Source: Candidatus Kaiserbacteria bacterium (lineage in GTDB: Bacteria; Patescibacteriota; Minisyncoccia; Phycocordibacterales; UBA2100). From it: a DNA stretch of 64,000 nucleotides. Position numbers and translations under genes: made by a program. The notes beneath the pieces are model-generated. The model was not told the origin of the DNA. It did not search any database and worked only from the letters and a program-made list of their open reading frames with translations. The stretch spans positions 1,648-65,647 of the forward strand of contig JAQBRI010000011.1 in the NCBI GenBank assembly GCA_028286585.1, written 5' to 3'. Shown piece by piece: positions 28,491 through 37,876 of this stretch; the stretch's first letter is position 1; each line of letters starts with the position of its first letter.

Positions 28491-29336
28491 CTACGCTTTC
28501 TTTACAGCTTCAATGCAAAGGAACAAAGGAAATTCTTTACGTGCGATATCTTCCGCTTTTGCTCGCGGACCCTTTTCACTACTCCGATGAGAAATCCACT
28601 CCTCAAGTCGAGTGACAGAAAAATTTGAATTAGAAAGTGCCTTTACATAATCCTGCAGTGATCGATGAAAGGAATACGTATATGACTTTCCAGTCTGCTT
28701 GCCTGGTGTCATGTCGATCTTCTCTTTTGATGAAGACAAATAGGTATCAAGTCTTCGATATTGCGTTTGCGTATTGGAATCCCAGCCCCACGAAGAAGAC
28801 TTTGGAATTCTGAAAGCAGGATGGTTGATCACAAACACAAACCGGCCGCCTGGTCTAAGAACCCGAAATGCTTCTTTAAAAACCATATCCATACGTTCTA
28901 TGTTTTGAAGTGCGAGTACGCACGTGAGCACATCAAAGGTACCTGAATCTGCAAAGTCTAGGCTGTCGGCCGCCGCACAATGATATTCAATATCTGGTGA
29001 TTTCTTTTGCGCAATTGATATGAGTTCTTTTGCAATGTCCGCTCCTACTACATCTGCACCCTGTTCATTAAAGAGGCGTGTAAAAAACCCTTCCCCACAG
29101 CCAATGTCGAGTATATGCAATCCAGTTTGTGCCGCGACAATTCGCGCAAGATTGGGTGTAATTACCTGTGCATGGTAGGTGTCCTCACCTTGCAAATGCT
29201 CCTGATACCACCCAGCAACCGGTCCCCATGAAGTACTCTTGTCTGTATCTTTTACAGGCTTGCGTGGGGAAGAGCCTGTGTCCCCTGCCCTGCCAGCTTT
29301 TTTGTGGTCTCGCTTAGGATTTCCAGGGAATGGCAT
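28491..29336 (-). CDS. Class I SAM-dependent methyltransferase
   Basis: ILDIGCGEG and VLRPGGRF motifs; the start at ATG 29336 is inferred. Confidence 0.88.
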   Translation of the reverse strand: MPFPGNPKRDHKKAGRAGDTGSSPRKPVKDTDKSTSWGPVAGWYQEHLQGEDTYHAQVITPNLARIVAAQTGLHILDIGCGEGFFTRLFNEQGADVVGADIAKELISIAQKKSPDIEYHCAAADSLDFADSGTFDVLTCVLALQNIERMDMVFKEAFRVLRPGGRFVFVINHPAFRIPKSSSWGWDSNTQTQYRRLDTYLSSSKEKIDMTPGKQTGKSYTYSFHRSLQDYVKALSNSNFSVTRLEEWISHRSSEKGPRAKAEDIARKEFPLFLCIEAVKKA

Positions 29337-29913
29337 AATGTTCAAATTCTGGCAATAATTTTCTGTCGTACAAAAGTCGAGATATAACTTCGGCATGAGA
29401 AAGCGCACCTGTAAGCGCATTGTGCGGCTCTGGTTCATCTGGTATACCGCAGTAGTTCATAACAGCATCAAGATTAAGTGCCGAACGCTTGTGCTTTTTA
29501 TCAAACGGAGGCTGTATTCCCTTGTTGATCATATGCATGTAGCACAAGGTGTGCGTGTCGATTGTTCTATAAGCAAATGGATATTCACTATGACCTGAAC
29601 GCTCAAGCGCATGCTTTACAAAGTCTCGATCAAAAGATACGTTCTGGCCAGCAAGAGTGCGGTCTACCAAATTTTCACTCCACTGCAAAAATTCGTGGAC
29701 AATTTCGGCCTCGGTTGGCTTACTAGGATCAAGAATTTCTGAACGTTTAAAACCATTTACAGCAAGTGCCTCGTCCATAATATGTGCACCATCCCATACG
29801 CGGCATTCTGCATAAAAACGATTTGTCGGATTAGATAAATCGAGCGCTCCAATACTTACAATGGAGTGCTTCCATAGCTCAGTCCCCGATGCCTCTACGT
29901 CGATAACTAACAT
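29314..29913 (-). CDS. DEDDh 3'-5' exonuclease
   Basis: ExoI DVEASG, ExoII QNVSFD, IDT and ExoIII HNAL motifs; the last Asp appears replaced by Gly. Confidence 0.8.
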   Translation of the reverse strand: MLVIDVEASGTELWKHSIVSIGALDLSNPTNRFYAECRVWDGAHIMDEALAVNGFKRSEILDPSKPTEAEIVHEFLQWSENLVDRTLAGQNVSFDRDFVKHALERSGHSEYPFAYRTIDTHTLCYMHMINKGIQPPFDKKHKRSALNLDAVMNYCGIPDEPEPHNALTGALSHAEVISRLLYDRKLLPEFEHYAIPWKS

Positions 29914-30015
29914 GCGGATACTATAGCATATGCTCCTCTGTACTTACAGAGCTGATTTGCTAGTATTGCTGCAGGCAAAATATAGAAATCTGTTAAGTCT
30001 AAACAGGAGGTAGAA

Positions 30016-30849
30016 ATGAACATTGATTCTCTTAAAACAGAGGGTTTCGTTCGGTTCAATTATCCGAAAAGCCTGCGGTGGGACGTTGCAATAGCAATAG
30101 ACGCATGGAGAGCTTTCTGTGCGCTCGATGAAAAGGAAAAGCGCAAGATCTCTGGCGGAGACAGGATCAACGACTTCGGGTATATGCATCGGAATGATTC
30201 GGGGCCAACCGCCGACAAAAAGGAAATATTCCATGTCACCGGTGAACATATCAAAGAGCTCATGCAAAAGGCCCGATACGTTCACGATCAAAGCTCGATA
30301 TCTTTCATTCTTGCGCTTTACGAGCTGCTCGAAGGATTGTTTCCAGTCGTGAAGGAATTCGCCATCAACGTCGAGGAGCAATATAAGATTCCTAGACTTG
30401 CTGCTCGAGTGCTCGGCTCCAAGGATACCTGGACAATTCGCTTTGTGCATTATTATGGAGTCGGTGAACCTGTTCTTGCAAAACCACATACCGATCGAGG
30501 CGGATTTACCATTCACATGTACGAGAGTCATCCGGGTGGTCAATACTTGGGACGCGATCGCGCCTGGCACGATTGGCCGATAAACCACAAGGAATCGATA
30601 TTATTTCCAAGCGCGGGTTTGCAATTTCTCCGCAACGAGCTCAAGGCGCTTTGTCATCGGGTAATATCGCTCGATGACACGCTTCACGGCGGGCGTTACT
30701 CGATGGTCGGTTTCATCGATTTTCCTTTAGGCCATCGGTTCGACGACACCAGATTCAGAATGCAGGATCTGCCGGTCGGATTTAACTACGATATATCTCC
30801 TGAAGACTACCGGAAATATTTCGTACCGACTGCACTTGCTACGGTGTGA
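30016..30849 (+). CDS. 2-oxoglutarate/Fe(II) dioxygenase (IPNS-like)
   Basis: HTD...HRV facial triad and RYS 2OG-binding motif; SD AGGAG upstream. Confidence 0.8.
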   Translation: MNIDSLKTEGFVRFNYPKSLRWDVAIAIDAWRAFCALDEKEKRKISGGDRINDFGYMHRNDSGPTADKKEIFHVTGEHIKELMQKARYVHDQSSISFILALYELLEGLFPVVKEFAINVEEQYKIPRLAARVLGSKDTWTIRFVHYYGVGEPVLAKPHTDRGGFTIHMYESHPGGQYLGRDRAWHDWPINHKESILFPSAGLQFLRNELKALCHRVISLDDTLHGGRYSMVGFIDFPLGHRFDDTRFRMQDLPVGFNYDISPEDYRKYFVPTALATV

Positions 30850-30871
30850 CGCAACATTTATTTGCCCTTTG

Positions 30872-30903
30872 ATCCCGCCGTAAATACACGGCGGGATTTT
30901 TTT
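30872..30903 (+). terminator. Intrinsic terminator
   Basis: ATCCCGCCGT-N6-ACGGCGGGAT followed by a T-tract. Confidence 0.8.
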
Positions 30904-30907
30904 ATAC

Positions 30908-31273
30908 TTAATTACCGAGGCCAATACAGCCTTTTGCAGGACTGTATCCGGCTTTTAAGGCCTCCGGCTCGTCGCTAAACCAGCGTATATCTGTATTCCC
31001 TATTCGCTCTATCCCCTTGCACCAGGGCGCGTAATAAACCAGGGTTGCAACAGAGCCGATAATAAGCCCGCCTGGATACATAGCTTGCGCCTTAATAGCC
31101 TTATTTGCCTGCATTATTTGAATATTTGGAGACATATCGTCCAAGGCAGAAAGTCTTCCCAAACCAAAGGATGAGAGCGAAACCAAGAGTATAACCAGCG
31201 GCATTCCCCAGTCTCTAAGGCTGGTTTCTCCCTGGTACTTGATTTTTAACCATAAACCCCGTATAATCCTCAT
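30908..31273 (-). CDS. Membrane-anchored protein with degenerate Ada metal-binding-like domain
   Basis: SFGLGRLS TM segment; YYxPWC...I...F.....A.KAGY.P...C pattern. Confidence 0.6.
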   Translation of the reverse strand: MRIIRGLWLKIKYQGETSLRDWGMPLVILLVSLSSFGLGRLSALDDMSPNIQIMQANKAIKAQAMYPGGLIIGSVATLVYYAPWCKGIERIGNTDIRWFSDEPEALKAGYSPAKGCIGLGN

Positions 31274-31304
31274 ATCGTAATTATACGGCAAGAAATCGAA
31301 ATAT

Positions 31305-31583
31305 ATGGCACATACTAAAGCTGGTGGTTCAGCCAAAAACCTAAAAGATTCAAATCCTAAATATCTCGGTGTTAAGCGCGCCGATGGTCAGACTGTTGGA
31401 ATCGGTGAAATCATCGTTCGTCAGCGTGGTACCAAAATCATGGTCGGCAAGAATGTCGGACTTGGAAAGGATCACACACTCTTTGCTCTTAAGGCTGGAA
31501 TTGTAAAATTCCGAAACGCTCGAAAGACAAACTTTGACGGTCAGACTGTCATGCGCCGCATCCTCGACATCGTTCCTGCCTAG
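31305..31583 (+). CDS. rpmA: 50S ribosomal protein bL27
   Basis: [21 protein letters not shown] and [12 protein letters not shown] motifs. Confidence 0.97.
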   Translation: MAHTKAGGSAKNLKDSNPKYLGVKRADGQTVGIGEIIVRQRGTKIMVGKNVGLGKDHTLFALKAGIVKFRNARKTNFDGQTVMRRILDIVPA

Positions 31584-31616
31584 TCCCCTTATCATTCCTT
31601 CTTTGAAAGGTATGTG

Positions 31617-31650
31617 CAAAATCGCCGACTTCCCGGCGATTTTTGTTTTG
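31617..31650 (+). terminator. rpmA terminator
   Basis: AAAATCGCCG-N6-CGGCGATTTT followed by TGTTTT. Confidence 0.75.
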
Positions 31651-31783
31651 CATTACGACTCGTATGAGATGTGATTTTAAAAACCTCTCGGAAGGCGGCG
31701 GCCTGAGAGGGCTAATTTTCTAGCAAGAAAATATCGCTTGTTTTTAAAATTGCATCGATTAAAGAGTCAAAACAAAAATCGCC
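31635..31783 (+). repeat. Nested inverted-repeat element (REP/MITE-like or structured RNA)
   Basis: 16-bp perfect outer IR, 17-bp inner stem (31668-31684/31740-31756) and two apical hairpins. Confidence 0.65.
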
Positions 31784-31801
31784 CCCTTTTGGAGCGATTT
31801 T
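31773..31801 (-). terminator. Terminator for the rplI/micro-ORF transcript
   Basis: AAAATCGCTCC-AAAAGG-GGGCGATTTT followed by TGTTTTG on the - strand. Confidence 0.65.
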
Positions 31802-31805
31802 CAAA

Positions 31806-31868
31806 CTACTTCTTCTTATCCTTTTTTGGCTTCTTCGTTTCCTTTTTATGAGTCATCCCTTTTGACAT
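31806..31868 (-). CDS. 20-aa lysine-rich micro-protein (absent from ORF track)
   Basis: MSKGMTHKKETKKPKKDKKK*; TATAAT upstream and a terminator immediately downstream. Confidence 0.6.
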   Translation of the reverse strand: MSKGMTHKKETKKPKKDKKK

Positions 31869-31917
31869 ATCCGAGAGTTTATATGAATAATATTATAATA
31901 ATAACACGTGTTTAGAA

Positions 31918-32361
31918 TTACTTTGCAACCACCTCTATGTTCAGTGTCGCTTTATGAGTTCCAAGCGTGATAGTTATTGGAGTTATTCCCGTCGCTTTGA
32001 CTGGCTGATCAAAATGCACCGCTTTAGTATCAACTGGTATTGAAAGCTGCTCCTTGATGGCTTGCACGACCTCTTCGGCGGTAATGTTTTTGTAGAGCTT
32101 CCCTACTTCGTTTGCCTTTGCAATAATGCGTACACTCTTCCCTGCCAATGTCTTTGCATGCGTACCAAATAATGCGCTGCGCGCAGCATTTGCCTCTTGT
32201 TTACTATCTATTTCTGCTTGTACCTGAGCCACCTTCGAATTACTTGCCTGCTCGGCAAGGCCTCGCGGAATGAGCGAATTGAGCGCATAGCCGTCGGCTA
32301 CTTCTTTGATAACACCGCGAACTGCGACGCCTTTGACATCTTTTAGAAAAATGACTCGCAT
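31918..32361 (-). CDS. rplI: 50S ribosomal protein bL9
   Basis: MRVIFLKDV...[17 protein letters not shown] and GKLY motifs. Confidence 0.95.
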   Translation of the reverse strand: MRVIFLKDVKGVAVRGVIKEVADGYALNSLIPRGLAEQASNSKVAQVQAEIDSKQEANAARSALFGTHAKTLAGKSVRIIAKANEVGKLYKNITAEEVVQAIKEQLSIPVDTKAVHFDQPVKATGITPITITLGTHKATLNIEVVAK

Positions 32362-32368
32362 ATAATTG

Positions 32369-33640
32369 TTATTTCATTGCGTTCAGCACCTGCACAGCCT
32401 TTTCCATTTGCACGTCTTTCTTTGCCTTTATTAGTGTCTCACTAGTAGTTGATACCACGTCAGGAATGAGACCGTCGTGAGGAATCTGTATGCCGTCTGG
32501 GCCAAGCCATCGAGCAACAGTCACCTTGACCGAAGTGTCTTCGGTTACCGGGAAAAGTTCTTGCACGACGCCCTTACCAAACGTATTCGTTCCCACAAGT
32601 GTTCCCATTTTGTAGTATCGAAGTGCGTCAGCAAATATTTCAGAAGCAGAAGCAGATCCCTTGTCGACAAGAATCACCATCTTGAGATTTGAATTAAAGA
32701 TATTGTATCCAAGCGATCGGTGCACAATGTTGTCTCGGTGACCTGCATAATCCTCGGTCACGACAATGTCTCCTTGTGGCAAAAACCAACTTGCCATACT
32801 TACTGCAGCGTCCAGGTATCCTCCAGGGTTACCACGCATGTCGAGCACCAGTTTGGTGTCGCCGCTCGCAGCAAAATCTTTGAGTGCATCACGGAATAAG
32901 TCTGGTGCGTTTGAAGTAAAGCTTGAGACTGCGATTACAAACACGCCATCGTCGCGCTTGGTTGTTGTTACAATTGGTACATTGATAGTGTCACGAGTAA
33001 CTGGGATATCCTTTGGCGCAGCAAATCCTTCTCGCATGATGGTAAGCGTTACGATAGTTCCCTTTGGACCACGAATTTTGTTAACCGCTGTGTCGGTGTC
33101 CATTCCCACGGTGCTGTCACCATTAATTTTGAGAATAATATCAGCAGCCTTGATTCCCGCTTTTTCCGATGGTGTTCCCTTAAGCGGCGAGACAACAACG
33201 AGATTACTATCTTTGATATCTATCTGCGCTCCAATACCCTCAAAGCTTCCACTCAGCTGACTACTAAAGTCTTTGTTTTCTTGTGGCGGCATAAAGAACG
33301 TGTACGGATCATTGAGTGATGCCGCGAGCCCAGCTGCCATGCCCCAGACTTTTTGTTGATTGAGCCCAGCAGTTGTAGTTGCAATAGGAGTGGACGAAGC
33401 AACTGCCGCCGGAACGAAATTGTCGTTGATAATATTCCAGACTTTCCAAACCGGGACAAAATCGACATTATCGGGTTGTGACGAATTCATAATAGAAATC
33501 GTCTGACCAACGGCGTGTGATGTCGCAAACATACCGCCTCCAAAGCCAATGATAAGTGCAATCCCGATCGAGGCTATGGTCGTATGATATGAATACGTCT
33601 TGATTTTTTTGATACGAACAGGTGTTGAGGTATCGCTCAT
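32369..33640 (-). CDS. ctpA: S41 C-terminal processing protease
   Basis: [21 protein letters not shown] and TFGKG motifs. Confidence 0.92.
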   Translation of the reverse strand: MSDTSTPVRIKKIKTYSYHTTIASIGIALIIGFGGGMFATSHAVGQTISIMNSSQPDNVDFVPVWKVWNIINDNFVPAAVASSTPIATTTAGLNQQKVWGMAAGLAASLNDPYTFFMPPQENKDFSSQLSGSFEGIGAQIDIKDSNLVVVSPLKGTPSEKAGIKAADIILKINGDSTVGMDTDTAVNKIRGPKGTIVTLTIMREGFAAPKDIPVTRDTINVPIVTTTKRDDGVFVIAVSSFTSNAPDLFRDALKDFAASGDTKLVLDMRGNPGGYLDAAVSMASWFLPQGDIVVTEDYAGHRDNIVHRSLGYNIFNSNLKMVILVDKGSASASEIFADALRYYKMGTLVGTNTFGKGVVQELFPVTEDTSVKVTVARWLGPDGIQIPHDGLIPDVVSTTSETLIKAKKDVQMEKAVQVLNAMK

Positions 33641-33693
33641 AGATGCATTATCTCATGCTCACTTATAAGTGCAAATTAGCTTGTTTACAAAAA

Positions 33694-34677
33694 TTATCGC
33701 AGTGACGTCACAAATGACGCACCAATAATACAAAGTCCGATGAGTGCGATCAGTACTTCGGGTACGTGAAAGACGAGTGACGCTGCCATACACAAGGCAA
33801 GACCAAGTATCGCCCAATGTGCCCCATGTTCGAGATATTTAATGCTGTTGATTGTCTTTTCTTGCACCATATACATAGTGAGTACGCGTACAAAGTACGC
33901 ACCGATTCCCAATCCGACTGCAATCACAAGTACGTTACTACTGATAGCAAATGCACCAATAACACCATCGAGTGAAAATGCAGAATCAAGAACATTTAGA
34001 TAGATAAATCCTGCAAGTCCTGTCTGCACCGCATGCAACGAATTAGTGCTAATCGTGTGAATGACACCCTCCATGATGATAAACAATAACAATCCTACGA
34101 TTCCTGCCGAAAGGATGGTTGCACCTTCGCCGCCACTTGCAAACGAAACAACAAGCAGCAAGATCAATACCAAACCAATTTCAATCTCCTCGATAGAACC
34201 AAGTTTTGAAAGCTTTGCCTCAAATGCACCAATCCAGTGATCACGCTTGTTCACGTTAAAAAAGTATTTGAGCGCAAGCATCGCGAGAAAGCCAGTACCA
34301 AAGGCGTTGATAGCGTGATGCGTATTACCAAGAAGCTGTGCGTACATTTCTGGGTTATATACAACGAGCTGCGAAATAAGAATTGGCGAAATTCCTGCAA
34401 TAATACTTACGACAAGAATTGGTAATATGAGGCGTGTTCCCACTACCGCAAACAATATTCCCCAGGTGAGAAATCTCTTTTGCCATTGCGGTGACATGGC
34501 CTCCAAAACCTTTGCATTAACAATCGCATTATCAAATGAAAGTGTAACTTCGAGGAGCGCCAAAAGTGCAGCTGTTATAAATGCCGCAGAACCTACAAAG
34601 AATCCAACAAGCGCAAGCACCACAACCGAGACAATAATGGGCCCAAGGAAATATCTTTGTACACTTTTGTTTATCAT
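33694..34677 (-). CDS. DUF475 (TerC-like) membrane protein
   Basis: LEVTLSFDNAIVNA, FSLDGVIGAFA and YLEHGAH motifs. Confidence 0.88.
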   Translation of the reverse strand: MINKSVQRYFLGPIIVSVVVLALVGFFVGSAAFITAALLALLEVTLSFDNAIVNAKVLEAMSPQWQKRFLTWGILFAVVGTRLILPILVVSIIAGISPILISQLVVYNPEMYAQLLGNTHHAINAFGTGFLAMLALKYFFNVNKRDHWIGAFEAKLSKLGSIEEIEIGLVLILLLVVSFASGGEGATILSAGIVGLLLFIIMEGVIHTISTNSLHAVQTGLAGFIYLNVLDSAFSLDGVIGAFAISSNVLVIAVGLGIGAYFVRVLTMYMVQEKTINSIKYLEHGAHWAILGLALCMAASLVFHVPEVLIALIGLCIIGASFVTSLR

Positions 34678-34715
34678 AGTCAAAACAGTCTATCACAGCA
34701 TGATATACTGGCCAC

Positions 34716-35627
34716 ATGTATTCGCGACATGAGTATGGAAATATCATTTGGGTTGACCTCGAGTCACCTGCGCGAAGTGATGTTGAGCGCATTATCGAGG
34801 AGTTTGATATTCACCCTTCTGTTGCCGAAGAACTTTTGGTGCCATCGGTCAAAGCGCGTGCCGAATATTATGGTGAGTACGCGTACCTGGTACTGCACTT
34901 CCCTGCACTCCGACACTCGCACAAAACCCGCGAACAAGAAATGGACTTTATTGTTGGCAAAAACTTTTTGATCACCACTCATTACGATCTCATCGATCCA
35001 CTGCACAAGTTTTCTAAACTTTTTGATACTCAAGCGTTACTCAATGATCATCAAGGCTCTGAACACGCCGGTATGATTATGCTATCGATGATAAAAAAGC
35101 TCTACAAGGCGGTCGAGCACGAGGTACAAGTGGTCCGACAAAACCTTCATGATATCGAAGACCATATCTTTTCGAACCATCATGTCGAAATGGTGTCTGC
35201 AATTTCTCGCAGTTCTCGCGACCTTCTTAACTTGCGACACACCATCGAGCCACACCGCGACACGCTGCAGTCTTTTGAACTATTTGCGCCGCAACTTTTT
35301 GGCCAGGAATTTATGTTGCCGTTAAAGACACTTACCAACGAGTACTATCGTGTACACAACCATATTGTGCGCGAGACAGAAAGCTTGCACGAACTTCGCG
35401 AGACCAACAACTCGATGCTCACCACCAAACAAAACGAGACCATGCGTATCTTTACGATTCTTGCGTTCGTCACCTTCCCTCTTACTCTTATCGTTGATGT
35501 CGTAAATATTGATTCAGAATACAACCCTCTTTTGCATCATCAATACGATTTTTGGTATGTTCTGGGAATTCTCTTAGTTGTCGCCTGCTTCATGTTCGTC
35601 TTCTTTAAAGTTAAAAAGTGGTTATAA
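34716..35627 (+). CDS. corA: CorA family divalent cation transporter
   Basis: WVDLESP, NETMRIFT and two C-terminal TM helices; the GMN motif is degenerate. Confidence 0.8.
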   Translation: MYSRHEYGNIIWVDLESPARSDVERIIEEFDIHPSVAEELLVPSVKARAEYYGEYAYLVLHFPALRHSHKTREQEMDFIVGKNFLITTHYDLIDPLHKFSKLFDTQALLNDHQGSEHAGMIMLSMIKKLYKAVEHEVQVVRQNLHDIEDHIFSNHHVEMVSAISRSSRDLLNLRHTIEPHRDTLQSFELFAPQLFGQEFMLPLKTLTNEYYRVHNHIVRETESLHELRETNNSMLTTKQNETMRIFTILAFVTFPLTLIVDVVNIDSEYNPLLHHQYDFWYVLGILLVVACFMFVFFKVKKWL

Positions 35628-35633
35628 TGAGAT

Positions 35634-37127
35634 ATGATTTTCAGTTCACTTCGTAAGTCTTCGAGCGCGCAAAGCCGCTCGGACCTCTACCTTCATAATA
35701 CGCTCGGCAACGAGAATCAGATTTTTAAACTTCCTCCTATCGCGCGCTATGTGCGCATGTACAACTGTGGCCCTACCGTTTATGGCGAACAGCACATCGG
35801 CAATCTCTCGATGTTTGTATTTACCGACGTACTTCGTCGCGTTTTGCAATATCATGGGCATGAGGTAAAACAGGTCATCAATATCACCGATTTTGGGCAC
35901 CTTTCCGGCGATAATCAGGGCGATGCAGATATTGGCGAAGATCGCATGACAAAGGGCTTAAAACGCGAAAATATGGCCATTACGATGGAAAATATGGCCC
36001 TCTTGGCCGAGAAATACACTCAGGTGTTCTTGGGTGATTTAACGACGCTCAACATCGATGTTTCCAAAATAGAATTTCCTCGAGCAAGCGCCTATGTGCC
36101 AGCGCAAATTGCGATGATTCAAACCCTTATCGAAAAAGGATATGCGTACCAGTGCGCGGACGGTGTCTATTACGATACATTGCGATTCCCTGATTACGGC
36201 ATATTGGGTGGCATCGATTTAGAAGGTCTTAAGGCTGGTGCTCGTGTTGCAATGAGTAGTGAGAAGCGACACCCAACCGACTTTTTACTTTGGAAGTCTG
36301 ATGCGAGCATTGGATGGGAGTCACCATGGGGTAAAGGCTTTCCTGGCTGGCATATCGAATGTTCTGCAATGGCGCGTGCAGTATTAGGTGAGCAAATAGA
36401 CATTCACACGGGTGGAATAGAACACATTCCGATTCATCACAATAACGAAATTGCACAGTCCGAAGCAGCGACAGGCAAAAAGCCATTCTCACGTTTTTGG
36501 ATGCATCGTGCACACCTGCAGATCGACGGCGGGAAAATTGCAAAGTCAGATGGTAATGTTGTGTATCTTTCAGAAATAATTGAGCGTGGCTTTCACCCCA
36601 TCGCTTTTAGATACTTGTGTCTGGGTGCGCATTACCGAACGAATGCTAACTTTTCGTGGGATGCACTTGCCGCTTCGCAGTCGGCACTCGTGAAGCTTAC
36701 GGCGTTTTACCTAGAACATGCCGATCTTAATGCAGTAGACGCCCCGGTCAAGTGGCAGAACGAATTTGATCATCGTGTTAACGACGACTTGGATACGCCA
36801 GGTGCTCTTGCTACCGTATGGGCAATGCTCAAGAGTGATGACTACAGCACACCAGAAAAGCTCGCGGCACTTCGCACCGTTGACATGGTACTTGGTCTTA
36901 CTATTACCGAGCCAGACGAGCAGCTGCGCACACTTGCACAAGCTGAAATACGGACAGAGATTCCAATGAGTGAACTTCCAGAAAATATCCGGGCACTTGT
37001 ACAAGAGCGCGAAGAAGCTCGCACAAACAAAAATTGGTCCAAATCCGACGAACTCCGCGCAACCCTCACCTCCCTCGGCTACTCCCTCGATGACGCAAAG
37101 AGTGGCGTTAAGGTGTACAGAATCTAA
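35634..37127 (+). CDS. cysS: Cysteine-tRNA ligase
   Basis: CGPTVY, HIGN, PGWHIECSAM and KIAKS motifs. Confidence 0.97.
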   Translation: MIFSSLRKSSSAQSRSDLYLHNTLGNENQIFKLPPIARYVRMYNCGPTVYGEQHIGNLSMFVFTDVLRRVLQYHGHEVKQVINITDFGHLSGDNQGDADIGEDRMTKGLKRENMAITMENMALLAEKYTQVFLGDLTTLNIDVSKIEFPRASAYVPAQIAMIQTLIEKGYAYQCADGVYYDTLRFPDYGILGGIDLEGLKAGARVAMSSEKRHPTDFLLWKSDASIGWESPWGKGFPGWHIECSAMARAVLGEQIDIHTGGIEHIPIHHNNEIAQSEAATGKKPFSRFWMHRAHLQIDGGKIAKSDGNVVYLSEIIERGFHPIAFRYLCLGAHYRTNANFSWDALAASQSALVKLTAFYLEHADLNAVDAPVKWQNEFDHRVNDDLDTPGALATVWAMLKSDDYSTPEKLAALRTVDMVLGLTITEPDEQLRTLAQAEIRTEIPMSELPENIRALVQEREEARTNKNWSKSDELRATLTSLGYSLDDAKSGVKVYRI

Positions 37128-37192
37128 ATAAAATTGAATGCCTCAAATATATTCGCTTGCTATATTTTATAGTGAAGACTATCATTGCGCAT

Positions 37193-37870
37193 ATGAAGTG
37201 CCCCTATCCAGATTGTCAAAAAGACTATAACCAGAATTGGCAAGATTTTTTTCGTGGATGGCTATGGAATCAGGACGATTACCCGTCGGATAATGAAAGA
37301 CATCTGCTCAAGCGAGTTAATCTTCACACGAGGCGCTGCCATTTTTGTAGTCGCCTTTTCCATGATATTTATATAGGAAATGAAAATCCAAAAATATTTG
37401 ATGATGCTACTAAGAGATTTATACAGGCTGCACCAGATCTCGAATTAATTGCTAGTTATCCCGCATCAAAAACATCCTTTAAGGCCAAGAAAGTTCCGGA
37501 AAACATTCGTAAATATTTTCATGAAGCGGAACGTTGTCGCTCAATTGGTGCGATGACAGGTGTAGCAGCATGCTTAAGAAAAACAGTATATGCAATCTGC
37601 GACGATTTAGGGGTAGGCGGGATTGATTACAAAGAAAAAATATCAAACTTACCCTTGAAAGAGGAGGTCTACAAAGAACTGTTGAAGCAAATAAAATTCC
37701 TCGGTGACAATGGCACTAAGCCGGGTGGCGATATTTATACATCAGATCAGATAGACATAGCTCTAAAAGTTTTGCCAGTCGTTATTGATAAACTCTATGA
37801 GCAAGACGAGCAAATAGACGAGGCCCAAAGAGCCTTGGCACACGCAAGATCCAAAGGACTTCAACTATAA
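37193..37870 (+). CDS. Zn-ribbon + DUF4145-like protein (degenerate HEPN-like motif)
   Basis: CPYPDC..CHFC, VPxxIxxxFxEA, LRKTVYAIC and KFLGDNGTK. Confidence 0.65.
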   Translation: MKCPYPDCQKDYNQNWQDFFRGWLWNQDDYPSDNERHLLKRVNLHTRRCHFCSRLFHDIYIGNENPKIFDDATKRFIQAAPDLELIASYPASKTSFKAKKVPENIRKYFHEAERCRSIGAMTGVAACLRKTVYAICDDLGVGGIDYKEKISNLPLKEEVYKELLKQIKFLGDNGTKPGGDIYTSDQIDIALKVLPVVIDKLYEQDEQIDEAQRALAHARSKGLQL

Positions 37871-37876
37871 ATTAGA

